From Podarcis muralis (Eukaryota): 64,000 nucleotides of DNA. Position numbers and translations under genes: made by a program. The stretch spans positions 3,410,001-3,474,000 of the forward strand of contig NC_135664.1 of NCBI RefSeq assembly GCF_964188315.1, given 5' to 3'. Under the pieces are notes generated by a model that saw nothing but the letters and a program-made list of their open reading frames with translations, made no database searches and was not told the DNA's origin. Position 1 is the stretch's first letter. Every line of letters begins with the position of its first letter. Below, piece after piece: positions 12,119 to 25,659 of the stretch.

Positions 12119-15100
12119 TTAAGGGTGATGTGATGGTTTAGCCAGCTTACAGTCATTCACACATCTGAAAACCCAAGAGATTTTTATTTTTGCCTTATCA
12201 AAAGCCTTCGGTGTTCAATTTGGTTATTGTGTTAATTGGAGCCCCTATTTATTAATGGGAGGCTCTTTGCCTTTTACCAGCTACATGGCAGGCAGAAATG
12301 CATGAGGTTCAGTTCAGTCACTGATCCCCATGTCCTTAAAAAGCTTTCATTTGTTGGGTTTTAGCTGACCATGCTCCCTTTTAAGGCACAGAGCCTCTGT
12401 CGGAAAGAAAGGTGGCAACCTGGTGCTTAAGTTTCTTCACTTGGAATGGACTCCTTCCTATTCTTTAGAGGAAAAGATGTCATAGTTGTAACACAGATTA
12501 ACTGATTATATCTGTGTGAAACATTTGCTCCGTGCAACTGGTTCTCAGCACAATGCTCACTTTTGCTCCCTCGTTATTTCTACACTTGCATCTGGAAATT
12601 GAAGGTTCAGCTAAGGCCAACCCCACATTATTTATTAGGGTTCTAAACTAACCAGGAAAAGGGGGGGGGGGATAATCAGCTTGACCTGCTCCTGTGCCTT
12701 GAGTGGCAGCTTGATGTGTGGAAAAACTACAATCTGAAGCTCTTCACACCATAGAACTAAACATTATTACTTGCTAATGTCTGCTCTGCATATCAATCTG
12801 TGATCAAAGGCAAGGCTGAAGAGTTGGCAGCCCTCAAATTCAGGTTTTTGTTTCACTGAAGTTGCAGTTCTGTGGGTGGAATTCAACTAAATTTTAGCAC
12901 ATGGCTAAGTTAGGTCCATTAATTTCAGTAGGTCTATTCTGAGTAAACTGAATCCCACCCTATGCACACTTACCTGGGAGGGAGCGGCTTTGAAGATAGC
13001 ATGGTTTAGGACACATGCTTAAGAATGGGCTGAATCTGTTCAAAGACAGCACAGCACAGAACATTAGCTATATATTACTGTACCCTATAGGGTCTGAGCT
13101 GATTCCCATGGCAGATTCATCTCGTGAAGAATGCAAGTAACATGTGGTGAAGACCAGCATGTGTGAAAATGTGATCACAAATCTAACACACTCCACATAA
13201 ATTGATTTGGAAACAATAAGCTCATGTACTCAGCTGATAGCCACCCAGTGTAGTCAATTGATGTCTATGTCTATGTGAACCACAGTTCTCAATATTGGGA
13301 GGATGATTTCTCCCTGATATTTATTAAAAATGCTGCATTTTATGTAATGTATTTTGAACATATGCTGGCAAATAGCACCCCCTAAAATGCCATTTTTAAA
13401 AAAACAGCAACAGCAGCATCAAAGAGTCTTGTAGCACCTTAAAAGACCCACAGTTTTTTATTTTCATATTATTAAGTTATTTTAGTCTCCATGGTACAGA
13501 ATTTGAGAAAAATAGTTTGTGTTCTTATGGCTCTACAACAGCTGTTCACAGAAACATTGATAGTTTTTGGATAGTTGGTACAATGGATGATACAGGGGTA
13601 AAATATTTATGGACAAAGAAGTACAAAAGGCTGAGCTGTGTCTCCTTCCACCATTGAAGTTCTGTGGCTCTGATCACTCACTAATTAATGGGTCAAGAAG
13701 GTTTCTCATGCATATTCACAGATCTGCCCTACAACTGAAAGATTATGTTCAAATATTTTAAAGCACCATGATTTTGTTTTTGTTTTTTTAAAATGTGTTC
13801 ACTTGCAGCTTTGTCTAGAGTAAATAAATAGTATGGTTTTACTCTGATTGCCTGGATCAAAACATGCAAGCAGCAAGCAATATCATTCATGCAGAAGAGA
13901 GAGGAATATCCTCAAAATGTACAGCCATTGTTCTGTGACAATATATTTGATCAGGTGACTTCTACACCTTGCAAATTGTTTTCATGAATATTTAACCAAC
14001 CAAGGGATTGTATGAGTGGAAATTCAGGCTAAGTCAGTGTCCTTAGGCTGTTTGACTTTACATTCTGCCAAGAAAGGTATTTTAAAACTAAAATTTGATC
14101 ACTTCCCTACCAAATCAGTTAATGGCATTTCTTAAAGATTAAAAAAACACAGAGCTACAATTGCTTTTCTTAGATAAATACATTTTAAAGCTAAGTCCTG
14201 GATTCCACCCCATTCCTCTGAAATTGGTACAAACAGTAGAATTATTAAGCAAATAGACTTGAAATTAAAATGCACACAGTAAATTAAAAGGTGTGGAAAA
14301 TAACTGACATAAACTATGTATAGTGCTAAATATATACATATGGCCCACATTCCAAAGGCAAAGATAACTTCTATAGCAAGCATAAAAAGAATATGCATAT
14401 ACACAAAACATACAAAAATGAGTATAAAATGAGAAAGGTCTTGCCAACAGAGAAAACAGTGAAAAGAAAGATATAAATGAGGATTGGGCTATAGTTTCAT
14501 AACTAAACAAATGGGCTTTGGGTAGGTTGCCCTAGAATATTGGTGACTATGGAATCACAATGGGAACAAGGAACCGAAGGTGATCTTCTGTTTTGGCCCC
14601 CCTATCTGAGGACTGACATTTTTACATAAAATAATGAACACACTCTGACAGCTCAACCTAACAGGAAGTTCTCTCATGCAAGTCTCCTGGAAATAAATGG
14701 GAGCTTTGCAGGAGCATTCAGTGGGGCTTGCACAGCACCTCCTGGCAGATTGTCCCCAAAATGTTTAGATCTCTAACCACTATATCTGGTCATTTCTGTG
14801 TTCTGAATCTCTTCACTCTTGCTTTGCCTTTAAGGAGGAAATTCTGTTTGTTATTGGCCATCAGATTTAAGAGCCAAAAACCTCATGCAACAAACAAACA
14901 AGTAAAGCCCTCTTGGCTGCAAGTCTCATCATGCCATTTGCTTCTCTCAAATTTCTCTCTCCTCGCTCTCTTTTTTATCTGGGGCATGCAGGAAGAGGTC
15001 AAGAGAGAACAAGAGGGCTCACACCTGCTACATCTTTTGAAGGCTCCCGTTTACACCCAGGAAATAAAACAAGCCGGATTTCCAGCCCCTGCTTCTCTGC

Positions 15101-15379
15101 TCTCTTCCCCACTGCAGGAGTGCCAGGTCCCTAGAGATGCTCTGCTGCAAACCCTTTCCCACTTGCCCATCCCCTGAATACGAAGTTCGAACACTTCCCG
15201 GGAGGAGCAGACCAACGCTGACCATCCAGCATGCGAATCCAGAGTCAAACCACACTTGGCCCAGAACATGAAGTCCATCATAGAGGATTAGAGTCTTGGA
15301 GGGGGTCTTGGGGGACATCCAGCCCACCCGCTTGCTCAGCAATCCTTAGCCACAACACCTTCTCTATTCCAAATGCATA

Positions 15380-16700
15380 TATAATAGTAATTATGATAAA
15401 TAATAATATTTGGGGAGCCACTGCATAGGGCTCCACCTTCCTCCTGGAGGGCTCCCGAGCTCTCGCTTTCTCTCTGCGCGGATCCCCTTCGGATTCAGTC
15501 ATTCCACGCCTGGGCTGCTGGCCCAGCTTATCCCGAAGACACCACGACGCTTCCCGAGCGAGCCCTTGCGCCGAAAACTTTCCCCCTGCCGCCCTCGCCC
15601 GCTTTCGGTCCTGGGCAGCTTCTCCCGAGAAGGAGGCGGAGGATGTCGCCTTACCTGGCGCTGGCGGGCGACGCTGGCTGGCGGCGGCTGCACTTCTGGT
15701 CCTCCACATCGTCACCATAACGCGGGCGGACGGGCGGGCGTCCTTAGAGATCCGAAAGAGATGTGGAGGCACCCCGGGGAAATGCCCGCACCCTCTTCCT
15801 TGGGGAAGGTGGTCCTCCTCCTCTTCCTCCTCCTCCTCCCCCTGACCCCCCGCCCCTCTGGGCATCAAGGCTGGCGTGAGCGGAGACGGGTGGGGGCCAG
15901 GGGGCGTCGGGAAGAGGCAGCGCGCAGCGGAGATCGGCCCCCTTTCCCAAGCCCTCCTCCTCCTCCACCCGCCACCCTTCCCCACACAGCCCCAAATCGG
16001 AGAAGTTTCACTGTCCCCAAGTGATGCGCTTTGCTGCAGCCCCGCATCTGGGGACTGCTGCTCCCTTCCAAACCTATCGCCTCTCTCTCTCACACACTCT
16101 CTGCCCCCCCCCCCCCAAATCCAGAGCTCCGGGCGACCCCCCCCCCCCCCGCTCGCTTGCCTAGGATTGGGCTAGCAGGATGGACATGGGGCTAACTTCG
16201 CATGGCCGGCAACTGAAATCGGCAGGTAGCCCTTGAGAGGTCTAAATCTGCCTTCCCTCCCGCTGCAGCCCCGTGTTGCTTCTGCTCTGGAGTGACAGCC
16301 CTGGAGAGGCAGACTTTGATGCGCGCCTCGTCCCCCTCGGCTGTTGAACTCCACTTGCAGCCCGGGCAAGAGCCCCAGCCCCTCCGGTCCCTGCTTCTGG
16401 AGGACCAGACGCGGCCGTCTCCTAGCAACGCCCTCATCAATCTCCGCGGGATGCTCTGTGATTGGGCCGGGCGGAGAGGGAGACGCGCCCGTTTCCCTTC
16501 CCCGAGAACGCTCAGGATGCTGCAGCCTGTTGTTTGCATCTTTCCCGCAGCGATAGGTAGACAAGACCCACTGGCTTGGGGGAGCCGGATAGTGTTGCGG
16601 GGGGGGGGGGGCGCGGGGAGGACAGAGAGAGGCTGGAATGCAAAATCAGGGTCATTATCCGCTGCCTCTTCCTGCTTCTGTCCGGGGTGGTATATCAACT
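15380..16700. promoter_or_regulatory. CpG island / probable promoter
   Basis: Sharp rise in GC and CpG against a CpG-poor background. GGGCGG boxes, ATTGG (CCAAT) near 16461 next to a GC box, and long C/G tracts at 16104-16150 and 16598-16611. Confidence 0.85.
15655..15900 (-). other. Probable first exon of an unidentified minus-strand gene (5' boundary uncertain)
   Basis: Strong donor CCAG|GTAAGG at 15655 inside the CpG island. ATG at 15718 gives MVTMWRTRSAAAASQRRPPAP with a phase-1 junction. Confidence 0.45.
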
Positions 16701-17747
16701 TAGATTCTCCTATTGTCTCTATTCTGAGAAACAGCCATTCACAAACTCCTCACTGTGGTTCATTGATCTTAATGACAGTTTGGCTTGGAATTTAAAATGT
16801 GCCTTTAATAAAGTGTGCTTATGTTCTCTGGTAGATGACAATCAACAGGGGAGTGAAAGGGGGGGGGGAAAGGGGAAATAATCATGATGATAAAAATTAA
16901 GAATCTTTTAGGATATTTAATATATTAGGTATTGTACACAGTATAATACATACAGGTATATAGTTATTATTAATACAGTATAACTTCATATATATATATA
17001 TATGAAAAATGAAGGACTTGTACCAGAACAGCCAGGTGTTAGGAAGCTCATTGTCTTTCGACACATGGAGGTGAAAACTGAGGTTAGAATGAAGATAATT
17101 CAGCCGCCCTCTCCCAAAAAACCTTGGGGGCAGTGGTCCAACTCTGTACGGGTACAATATCATTTGAGAGCTAGCTATGGATGCATCTAGGGAAAATACA
17201 TTTATTTATATCCTACTTTTCAAAATTAAAAATCCCCCCAAGGCAACATGCAACAGGAGAAAACCATAAATCAAAGTCCTCACTAAAACCAACCTGTATA
17301 AATCATGAAGAGTGAAATGCAGGAGTGCACAAGACTCGACCCAAACCCAAGCAACGGATAATTTGACAATTTGTCTCATAGAACTAGCATGTGCTTTGTT
17401 GGCAGACACGCTTGCCATTAAATATCGAGAAGCATTTCGTAAAAGAAGGGGCAAAAAGGCTTGGAAGCAACAAGGAAGTGCCTTATGTGGAGCTGAAATT
17501 AGGGGATGTTGTAAAGAGAAATAAATTTGGTTTCTTCTTCACTCTAAAAAACTTTGGAAATAACCCTGCAGTGCTCTTGGCAATAAAAAAAGAAGTGTTT
17601 ATTTATCACCACAGGGCAGCAGAGCAACATATTTCATTCCCAAACCACACACATACAGAGAGAGAGAGAGTTCATATCCTGCTCGACAAATATATGGTAT
17701 ATTTATTTAAATTATTTGTTTTAAATGTTTATAAAGCTCTTCATATT

Positions 17748-17751
<4 letters not shown>

Positions 17752-17792
<41 letters not shown>
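17752..17792. repeat. (CA)n microsatellite; a second one lies at ~17999-18023
   Basis: Direct observation. Confidence 0.97.
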
Positions 17793-17794
<2 letters not shown>

Positions 17795-17993
17795 CATTGC
17801 AGTGATAAACTTTCTGTCATTAAGGATGAGGGAATACAACTCATTTTCTTCATTTCCTAAACCTACCAGAATCATTTCCATTCTAACTCTGTCACTCCAT
17901 AGATGCTCCCACACAGGGCTTTGGATGTCTCAGCTTCTTTGCCCTGATTCTCTCCCTCCCTGCCGACATTCATGCATTTTATTTGTATGCCAC

Positions 17994-18024
<31 letters not shown>

Positions 18025-18056
18025 AATTTGTGCTCAAAGTGGCTTAGAACAAATAA

Positions 18057-18131
18057 ATTCCTGAATTGCAGGGGGTTGGACTAGATGACCCTCGGGATCC
18101 CTTCCAACTCTACAGTTCTATGATTCTATGA
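18057..18131 (+). mobile_element. CR1-type / Squam2-type 3' tail
   Basis: 'gcagggggttggactagatgacc...ccttccaactctacagttctatgattctatga' ending in ATTCTATG-type repeats. Confidence 0.8.
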
Positions 18132-18269
18132 AACAGGGATGCTGCCTGGGCATCAAACAAACACTCCAAAAACATTTCATAATACCATAGCAAAACAACA
18201 GCAAATATAACAACATACCAAAGAACCCACATTCCAATACTATAAATTATACACAGTCACTTGTTTAAG

Positions 18270-18620
18270 TGACTAAACACCCAGCCCAACCCCCTGATGA
18301 TCTCTCCCAGTGGCTTCATGTAGATGTTAAAAAGCATGGGGGAAAGGACAGAGCCCTGAGGCACCCCACAAGTGAGAGCTCAGGGTCTGAACACTCATTC
18401 CCCGTACTTCCTGGACACAGCCCAGGAGGAAGGAGTGGAAGCACTACACAAGTGTCCCCAACTCCCAGCCCCTCTAGACGGTCCAGCAGGGTACTGTCCT
18501 CGAAAGTATCAAAAGCCACTGGGAGATCCAGCAGAACCAGGAAACAGCTTTCACCTCTGTCCCAAGCCCTCTCTCCTTGCCTCACCTCAGATTCCCTCTG
18601 GCCCAGAAATTCATAGTGAT
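18270..18620 (-). mobile_element. Degenerate L2 LINE reverse-transcriptase fragment
   Basis: ORF 18316-18585 contains LVLLDLPVAFDT...LLDRLEGLGVG, matching the L2 RT motif LVLLDLSAAFDT. Confidence 0.8.
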
Positions 18621-18781
18621 ATCAGATGCTATATAATATTGGATTCCCACCACTGGGTACTAACACCTATGAAATGGCATCCTTTGTCAGTTATCAAATA
18701 TTGAAATGAAATATCATAGATAAATATTGTATGAACATTTGAGAATCCAGAGAACAGTTGAGCTACGTATCAAAATAATTA

Positions 18782-19023
18782 CAGTGGTACCTCGGGTTGC
18801 ATACGCTTCAAGTTACATACACTTCAGGTTACAGACTCTGCTAACCCAGAAATAGTACCTTGGGTTAAGAACTTTGCTTCAGGATGAGAACAGAAATCGT
18901 GCTCCGGCAGCGTGGCGGCAGCAGGAGGCCCCATTAGCTAAAGTGGTGCTTCAGGTTAAGAACAGTTTCAGGTTAAGAACGGACCTCCAGAATGAATTAA
19001 GTACATAACCAGAGGTACCACTG
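18782..19023. mobile_element. Tigger/pogo-like MITE, same family as 4908-5148 in the opposite orientation
   Basis: CAGTGGTACCTC / GAGGTACCACTG TIRs, TA TSDs; the internal sequence matches the reverse complement of the 4908 copy. Confidence 0.92.
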
Positions 19024-19875
19024 TATTGGGAAGAAATTTCTTACAAAGACATTTCAAATAATGCAGCAGCAAGGAGGGGTCAGTTGCCATGTGGCAGCCA
19101 TATATATACCTATCCATGACAAATACAGTGCATACTTTGGCACTTCTGAATGTTTCTTCATGTTCTCAGATCCATGGGGGTGGGGGCAACCTGCTGCTCT
19201 ATTTTTTGTGTTCGTACAGGTAGAAAAGAAGGGAGAAAACTGGGGGGCATACATAGGGGCACAGGGCTGGCCCTCATTGGGCAAGGTGAAGCAATGCCCT
19301 TTTGTGGGGCAGCAGCAGGCCACCCCAACAACTCCTGCTTAGCCCTCTGGCCAAAGATATGTGTGCCCATGCCTGTCATGCACCCCACAGACTGTTGTCT
19401 GCTAGTGGAGTGGGGGGATGTTATCCCATTGCCAGTGTTGAAAGGAGATTCAGCTGCCTGCGGAGTCTGTAGGAGCACATGGAAGGTAGCACAATGTCTT
19501 GGGGCAGCTCTGGGATGGTTGAAGATGGATGAGGGGTGGGGCAAAGAGGGTTCTCCACCCAGTTTTGGCTCTGGTCTTGCCCCCTCCCCCAGGCAGGAGG
19601 CTCCCAATGGGGGGGGGGGGAGTATCATCCGCAGAATGCAGTGAATAAGTGTGGCTGCATTCAGATGTGGGGTTTAATGTGTTCATCTGACCGGTTATTA
19701 TGCTAGCATTTTCTCACATTCCTTTTGTACTTGTGGTACCTTTTGAATTATGGCTCTGTTGCTCTTTGATCAATATATTGCCATGCCTCACTGAATTTGA
19801 AATGGTGGGGAAGAACCTCAAGCCAAGGATATCACCCCAAATTTTGTGTGGCGTTATCTTGAAAAACCATGGGAC

Positions 19876-20125
19876 GAGGAGGAGGAGTTTGGATTTGATA
19901 CCCCGCTTTATCGCTACTCGAAGGAGTCTCAAAGCTGCTCACATTCTCCTTTCCCTTCCTCCCCCACAACAAACACTCTGTGAGGTGAGTGGGGCTGAGA
20001 GACTTCAGAGAAGTGTGGCTGGCCCAAGGTCACCCAGCAGCTGCATGTGGAAGAGCGGGGAATCGAACCCAGTTCCCCAGATTACGAGACTACTGCTCTT
20101 AACCACTACACCACACTGGCTCTCC
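19876..20125 (-). mobile_element. Squam3-type (MIR/Ther1-derived) SINE
   Basis: The reverse complement begins GGAGAGCCAGTGTGGTGTAGTGGTTAAGAGC, has a MIR-like core 'gctgggtgaccttgggccag' and a (CCT)n tail. Confidence 0.9.
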
Positions 20126-23100
20126 AGTAAATGGAGAATTTACAGTGCAACATTCCTGTGATTTTTCTAGTTAACAGGGTTGCAAACTGACCCCCCCCCC
20201 CGAAACAGTTAACATCAAAATGAGCACTCAATTCTGCTTGATTTCTAGAAGTAACTTTTATGATATGTGAGTGAGTGGGAACTGATTTTTAATGAGTGGG
20301 CTGCTGCCATCCTATTTGTGCTGTGACTGCTGGTATGTTTTTAATTGAAATTGTGTGTGTGCATTTAATTGTTTTTTAATAATTGTCCCCACGGCCACCA
20401 CCAGCACTTCCGCCAATGTTTTTAGTTCTTATTTTATCTGTAAGCTGCCTTGAGTCTCTATCAGGAAAAAGATGGGGTATAAATAAATTAATAATAAACA
20501 GACAAACAAATAAACAAACAGCAGGTAAGGAAGCACCAAGAAGAAGGAATAAAGTTTTGCCTGAAAGCAGCCTCTGTGTTTACTTTTTTTTTGGATTTTT
20601 AAAAATTGTTTCACAATAAATAAGTTTTCACAATACACTTTCACAATACAATGAAAAACAATGCAATGAATGAAAGAAACTAATCTACAGGAAATAAAGA
20701 GAAGAATGAAACTGAAGAAGGAAGAAACAGAAAAAGAAACTCCATCACCACTGTATCTCCACTTTCATCCCCTACAGAGGAAGCTGTGCTCTCACCTGGG
20801 CTCATCCCTCTCTTCTCACAGCCTCCCACCCTGTGAGATCTCCCCTGACCCACCTCTCCCATGGGGTCCATACTGTCCTTCCCCTTCATTTGTATATAGT
20901 TCTTACCAAAGTACATTGAGAGAGAGAGAGTAAGAATATAGGGATAATAATACGCTACCAAGAAATTTAAAAATTAAGAGAGAAGAAATAAATAAAAGGA
21001 CCTCCAGCTATCCACCTGTCAGTTGTGTATACAAAATTTCTTCAAAATAGTCAGATGCAAAATCTGGGTTACTCAGTTATGTTTCCCTTTGCTGGACATT
21101 GTTTTCCTCACCTTCCATCCAGAGCTCTCCAGTTCATTTACTTTTTTCAATGCAGAAATTCTAAAGGAGATTCTCCAGTTACTGCCTTCACAATTATAAA
21201 ACATTCCCTCTTTATTCTTTATCTCCTCCTCCAAAAGAAAACTTTTTTTTACTGTATTTGTATATTAACGTATAGTAGTTCAATTGTTTTAAAATCTTAA
21301 TTCACATCCCAATCCATTTCCTGTGTCATTTTCATCCAGATATCAGTCCTGTATCCATATATCAGTTCATCAATCCTGTTTGCCATTTTCCTCCTCTTCT
21401 AGTTAACCAGAGGGACAAGATTCCATTCAAATTGCACACAAATTATATCCTTTCTCTGCTGTACTTCCACTCCTGGGGGTTTCTCCAAAATCAAAACTCC
21501 AGTATTTGGCAGTTCTGTTACTTCCAGCCTTTGCTCACCCATTTACAACTCTGCCATTCCATTCTGCATCTCTGATTCAAGGATTTCTTCTTCTTTCCCT
21601 TTGGCTCCCCCCTCCCCCGAGTTGAGTCTGCAGCTTGCATCTCCTTTTCTTGCAATTCTGGCACTGCATCTTAGGATCATTTCCCCCATCTATGCATTAA
21701 TTTCTTCAAACAGTGCTCTTGCCACATTAACTGTCAATGGGAGGCCTTTCAAACTCTTCATATTTGTGGTCACGTACTTTCGTAGTCCAGTCCTCTCACA
21801 GTTAAATGGTGTGTCCTTGGGATGCTTAGAATTCCAATCTCCCCCCCCCCCCACACACACACACCATTTTTCTTACTAGTGGCATAAATCTTAACAAGGA
21901 AGGCTGAAAAGCACCACAGAACAACCCCACAGAAAACTTTTCAGAGATATAGAATCTCCTGTCTGTGTCTATATTTCTTTGATTTATATTTCAAATTGAG
22001 CTTTTTGCTTATGTTCTCCTGAGCACCATCACTAATAACTTGAGTCAGTCCTCAGGTCATATTTTGCACAAGCCCTTAAACTGACACATAGATAACTTCC
22101 CAATTAATTTATAGGTGTAGTTTCAAAGATAGTTAAAGAGAAAACAGAAGGATCGGAGAAGTGGCAAATCTTTTTGTTGTATTGATCTCCAGCATCTTAA
22201 GTGGTGCTTGGGAATGCTGAAATTTTCTCCCACTCCCAGATCACTCACCCGATAGAATTTTTCTATCCTGTTGGTGAACAATCCACTCTAGAGCTTCTGG
22301 AAATTAATCCCTTGTCATCTCTGACAGCAGAGATAAAGACAGCAGATAAATAAATCTGGCATTAAATACCAATTAATTGCAATTAATTGCAATTAATTGC
22401 AACTTTCAGAGCTCTAGCGGCGGTTCATAAGAGTTGCGACCAACGTGGATAAACTCCTCCCATGAAGTCTGCAGTCTGTGTGTTTACATTCATGGTCAGG
22501 AAATAATTAACCAGGAGTTGGGAACCTTGTGGTCTTCCAGATGTTGCTAGATTACAACTCCTATGACCTCTTGAGATGGAGTCCAACAGCATCTGAAAAA
22601 CCACAGGTTCCCCATCGCACAGGCTCCCCTCTGCATGACCACAGCCACCCACAGCTGAATGAAAAAGCAGAAAAGAAAGGGCAATTTGAAGGAATCTGCA
22701 ATGTAATGTCATTTAGCTGTTACAATGTGGGTCATGGTTTGCAGATGTGTCAACAAACACCATGAAATGACTGGCCTTCCGTGTGTAATGTCCCCAACAC
22801 TGCCATCTCAGCCCTACACCACTGATGTAGACCTGTGGGTGGGATGACAGAATTTCCCACGCTACTGCAGAAAAATCAATGACTGCAAATGCACGACAGA
22901 CTGACTCATCCTTAGGGAAGCTAGATCAACATTTCAAGAAGGGTTCATCATATTCAAGATCACATAGCATGAAATAGTTGTTACCCTTTAACATCCTTAA
23001 TTACCTTTTTCTATGTACACAATCAGCATAGTAAAAAAGGGTGTAAAGATTTTTTTAAAAAACTTTTTCAATCCACATTGAAGTGTAAATCAAGGGGAAC

Positions 23101-24585
23101 TTAAAGTGTTTTGATGGGAATGATTTCCTTTCATAAGCTTGCCATGACTGAAATAATGGGTTTATATTGCAGTTGATTAAACGCCATATTAGTTTCTAAT
23201 GTGTCACTGCAGCTTCGCGATAACATTTTTCACATCATCCGCCAGTGAACAGAAGAAATTCTATTACAGAACTCAAAGTAAAATTCCTTATATAATTTTC
23301 TGGCTGAGACCAATGGCCTGCTGATCTGTTCTGAAATTACTGTAACACTTGAAAATGTGTCATTTCCTCCTTGGTTAAATAAACAAGTGTTATCTCACCG
23401 TGGTTTATTGTTCTGTAAACCATATTTACTTTTGCTTGGCCTCTAGACCCCCCGAGTTGTAGTCAGCCAAGTTCCAAATTCGTCTATTCTGAGCAGGACG
23501 AGCCAGTTCTGTCCGATGAGTCTATTCTGACTATTGAAATGAATAAATCTAGGTTAGTCACTTTCATTAACTTCAGTGGGTCTACTCTGAGTAGGACTAC
23601 ATGACGTAGATCTGACCATTCTATACGTTGGCTTTGGTGTTAGATTGTTTTGTTGTTGGACTTGGGGAGCAGTGTGTGATTTTTTTAATTGTTCTGCTGC
23701 ACCCACTAAGCTGTGAAAAAACTCTGCTGGTTGTTACCCCTGTCCTGCCTTGCAAGATCCACCAGGTTCATAAGACCCAAAGAGCCCTGCTTGATCAGAT
23801 CAAAGGCCTATCTGGTCCAGTATCCTGTTCTCACAGTGGCCAGCGTGAGTCCTATGGGAAGCCCAAAAGCAGGACACAAAGAGTGCTCTCCACCTGGGCT
23901 CCCCAGTCTCCTGTATTCAGAGGCACACGACCTCCAATATTGCAAGTAGTACAGAGCCATTATTACATTGAAAGTTGTATCTTCCATCAATTTGTCTAAA
24001 CTCCTTTTAAAGCTATCCAGATTGATCACCACCACTACATCCTGTGGTAGATTGCATGAAGAAGTACTTTTTTGTGTGTGTCCTAAATCTTTCAGAATTC
24101 AGCTTTACTGAGTGAACTTGTTTCTAGTATTTTGAGAGAGGAAGTAAAATGTCTCTCTGTCCACTTTCTTTACACCAAACATTAATGCTATGCACCTGTC
24201 ACTTCTCCACTGCCTCACCCTTTTTCTGAATTAAAAGCCCCAGATGTTGCAGCTTTTCCTCATAGGGGAGATGTTCCAGCCCCACAGTCTTTTCCTTTGC
24301 CATTTTCTGAGACTTTTCCAGCTGTGCAATATCTCTCTTGGGGGTGCAGAGATCAGAACCGACCACAGCATTTCAAGTGCAGTTTCACCATTGGGTTGTT
24401 TAATGGTATTATGTTATAGGCAATATCCTTTTCTATTTCTTTGAGAATGTTTCTTAACATGGAATTTTCTGTTTTCACAGCTGCTACACACTGGGTTGAC
24501 ATCTTCATCAAGGTAACCACTATGAGCCCCAGGTCTCTTTCCTGGGCAGTCTCCTCCAGTTCAGATCCCATTTGTACATATGCAA

Positions 24586-24631
<46 letters not shown>
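24586..24631. repeat. (TAT)n microsatellite; similar AAT/TAT tracts at ~52810-52857, ~54030-54089 and ~54378-54423
   Basis: Direct observation. Confidence 0.97.
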
Positions 24632-24841
24632 TTGCACCAAAGTATATGTATTTACAGTTCCATAGGATGAATTGGCTTTGCCATACTGTTTATTTGCCCA
24701 GTTTGGAGATTGTTTTTGAACTCTTTAAACCTCTTCTGATTCTTATCACCTCAAACAGTTTGTTGTTATCAGCAAACCTGGCCAGCTCACTGCTCTATAG
24801 GTCATTTATACACAAATTAAAAGGCTCAGGTCCCACAATTA

Positions 24842-25098
24842 CCGTATTTTTCGCTCTATAGGACGCTCTTTTTCCCTCCTAAAAAGCAAGGGAAAATGTG
24901 TGTGCGTCCTATGGAGCGAATGCAGGGGGGAGGCAGGCGGGCAAAGCTCCCAAGAGCTGCACACAAGCTCCGTGCGGCTTTGCTGCTTTAAATAGTGTAG
25001 TGCAACATTTGATTCAGAATATTTTTTTTCGTGTTTTCCTCCTCTAAAAACTAGGTGCGCCCTATAGTCAGGTGCGCCCTATGGAGCAAAAAATACGG
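24842..25098. mobile_element. Tc2-like (Tc1/mariner) MITE
   Basis: TIRs CCGTATTTTTCGCTCTATAGG / CCTATGGAGCAAAAAATACGG, TA TSDs at 24840 and 25099. Confidence 0.88.
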
Positions 25099-25435
25099 TA
25101 GTCTTTGGAAGACTTCACTTCATATGTTCCTCCATTGGAAGAACTACACATTTATTCCTACTCTCTGCTTTCTGTTCTTTAACCAATTACTCTTTTTATC
25201 CCATGACTGCTCAGCTTACTCAGGAGACCTTGGTGAGGGACTTTATTAAAATACCGTAATTTTGAAAGCATAAATATGCAATATCTAATGGATCGCTCCT
25301 TATCGACTTTCTCAAAGAAGCCTAAAAGTTCGTTTGGTAGGACTTACCATTGTGGAAGCCATGCTGCTGCTGCTGCTTCTGCAAGACTTGTTCTTCTATA
25401 TGCATGATAACGCTACCTTCACTGGTGCTCTGAAC

Positions 25436-25659
25436 CAGGGGCCAGCAAACGTTTTCAGCAGGGCGTGGTCCACTGTCCCTCAGACCTTGTGGGGGGGATG
25501 ATGAATGAATTCCTATGCCCCACAAATAACCCAGAGATGCATTTTAAATAAAAGCACACATTCTACTCATGTAAAAACATGCTGATTCCTGTCCGCGGGC
25601 CAGATTTAGAAGGCGATTGGGCCAGATCCAGCCCCCGGGCCTTAGTTTTCCTACCCATG
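25436..25659. mobile_element. hAT-superfamily MITE
   Basis: Perfect 8-bp TSD ctctgaac (25428, 25660); imperfect TIRs CAGGGGCCAGCAAAC / GTTTTCCTACCCATG. Confidence 0.88.

Larger units (their letters stand above)
23769..25370 (-). mobile_element. Old CR1 LINE 3' portion (RT C-terminus plus 3'UTR), interrupted by a microsatellite and a MITE
   Basis: HGFHNGKSYQTN (25330-25365), ELEETAQERDLGLIV, FKRSLDKLMED, and 3'UTR 'cataag...agagccctgcttgatcagatcaaaggcc'. Confidence 0.82.

Noticed and set aside
15278-16093. 271-aa and 204-aa ORFs in the CpG island
   Set aside because: Long stop-free frames on both strands are expected at this GC content. The peptides are low-complexity and cross the 15655 splice donor.
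17405-17509. 105-nt plus-strand exon-like segment (TRLPLNIEKHFVKEG...)
   Set aside because: Weak donor, unrecognised peptide, and no partner plus-strand exons found.
20600-21730. Possible very old antisense L1 remnant
   Set aside because: Composition is suggestive but I found no diagnostic motif, so it is not listed as a feature.
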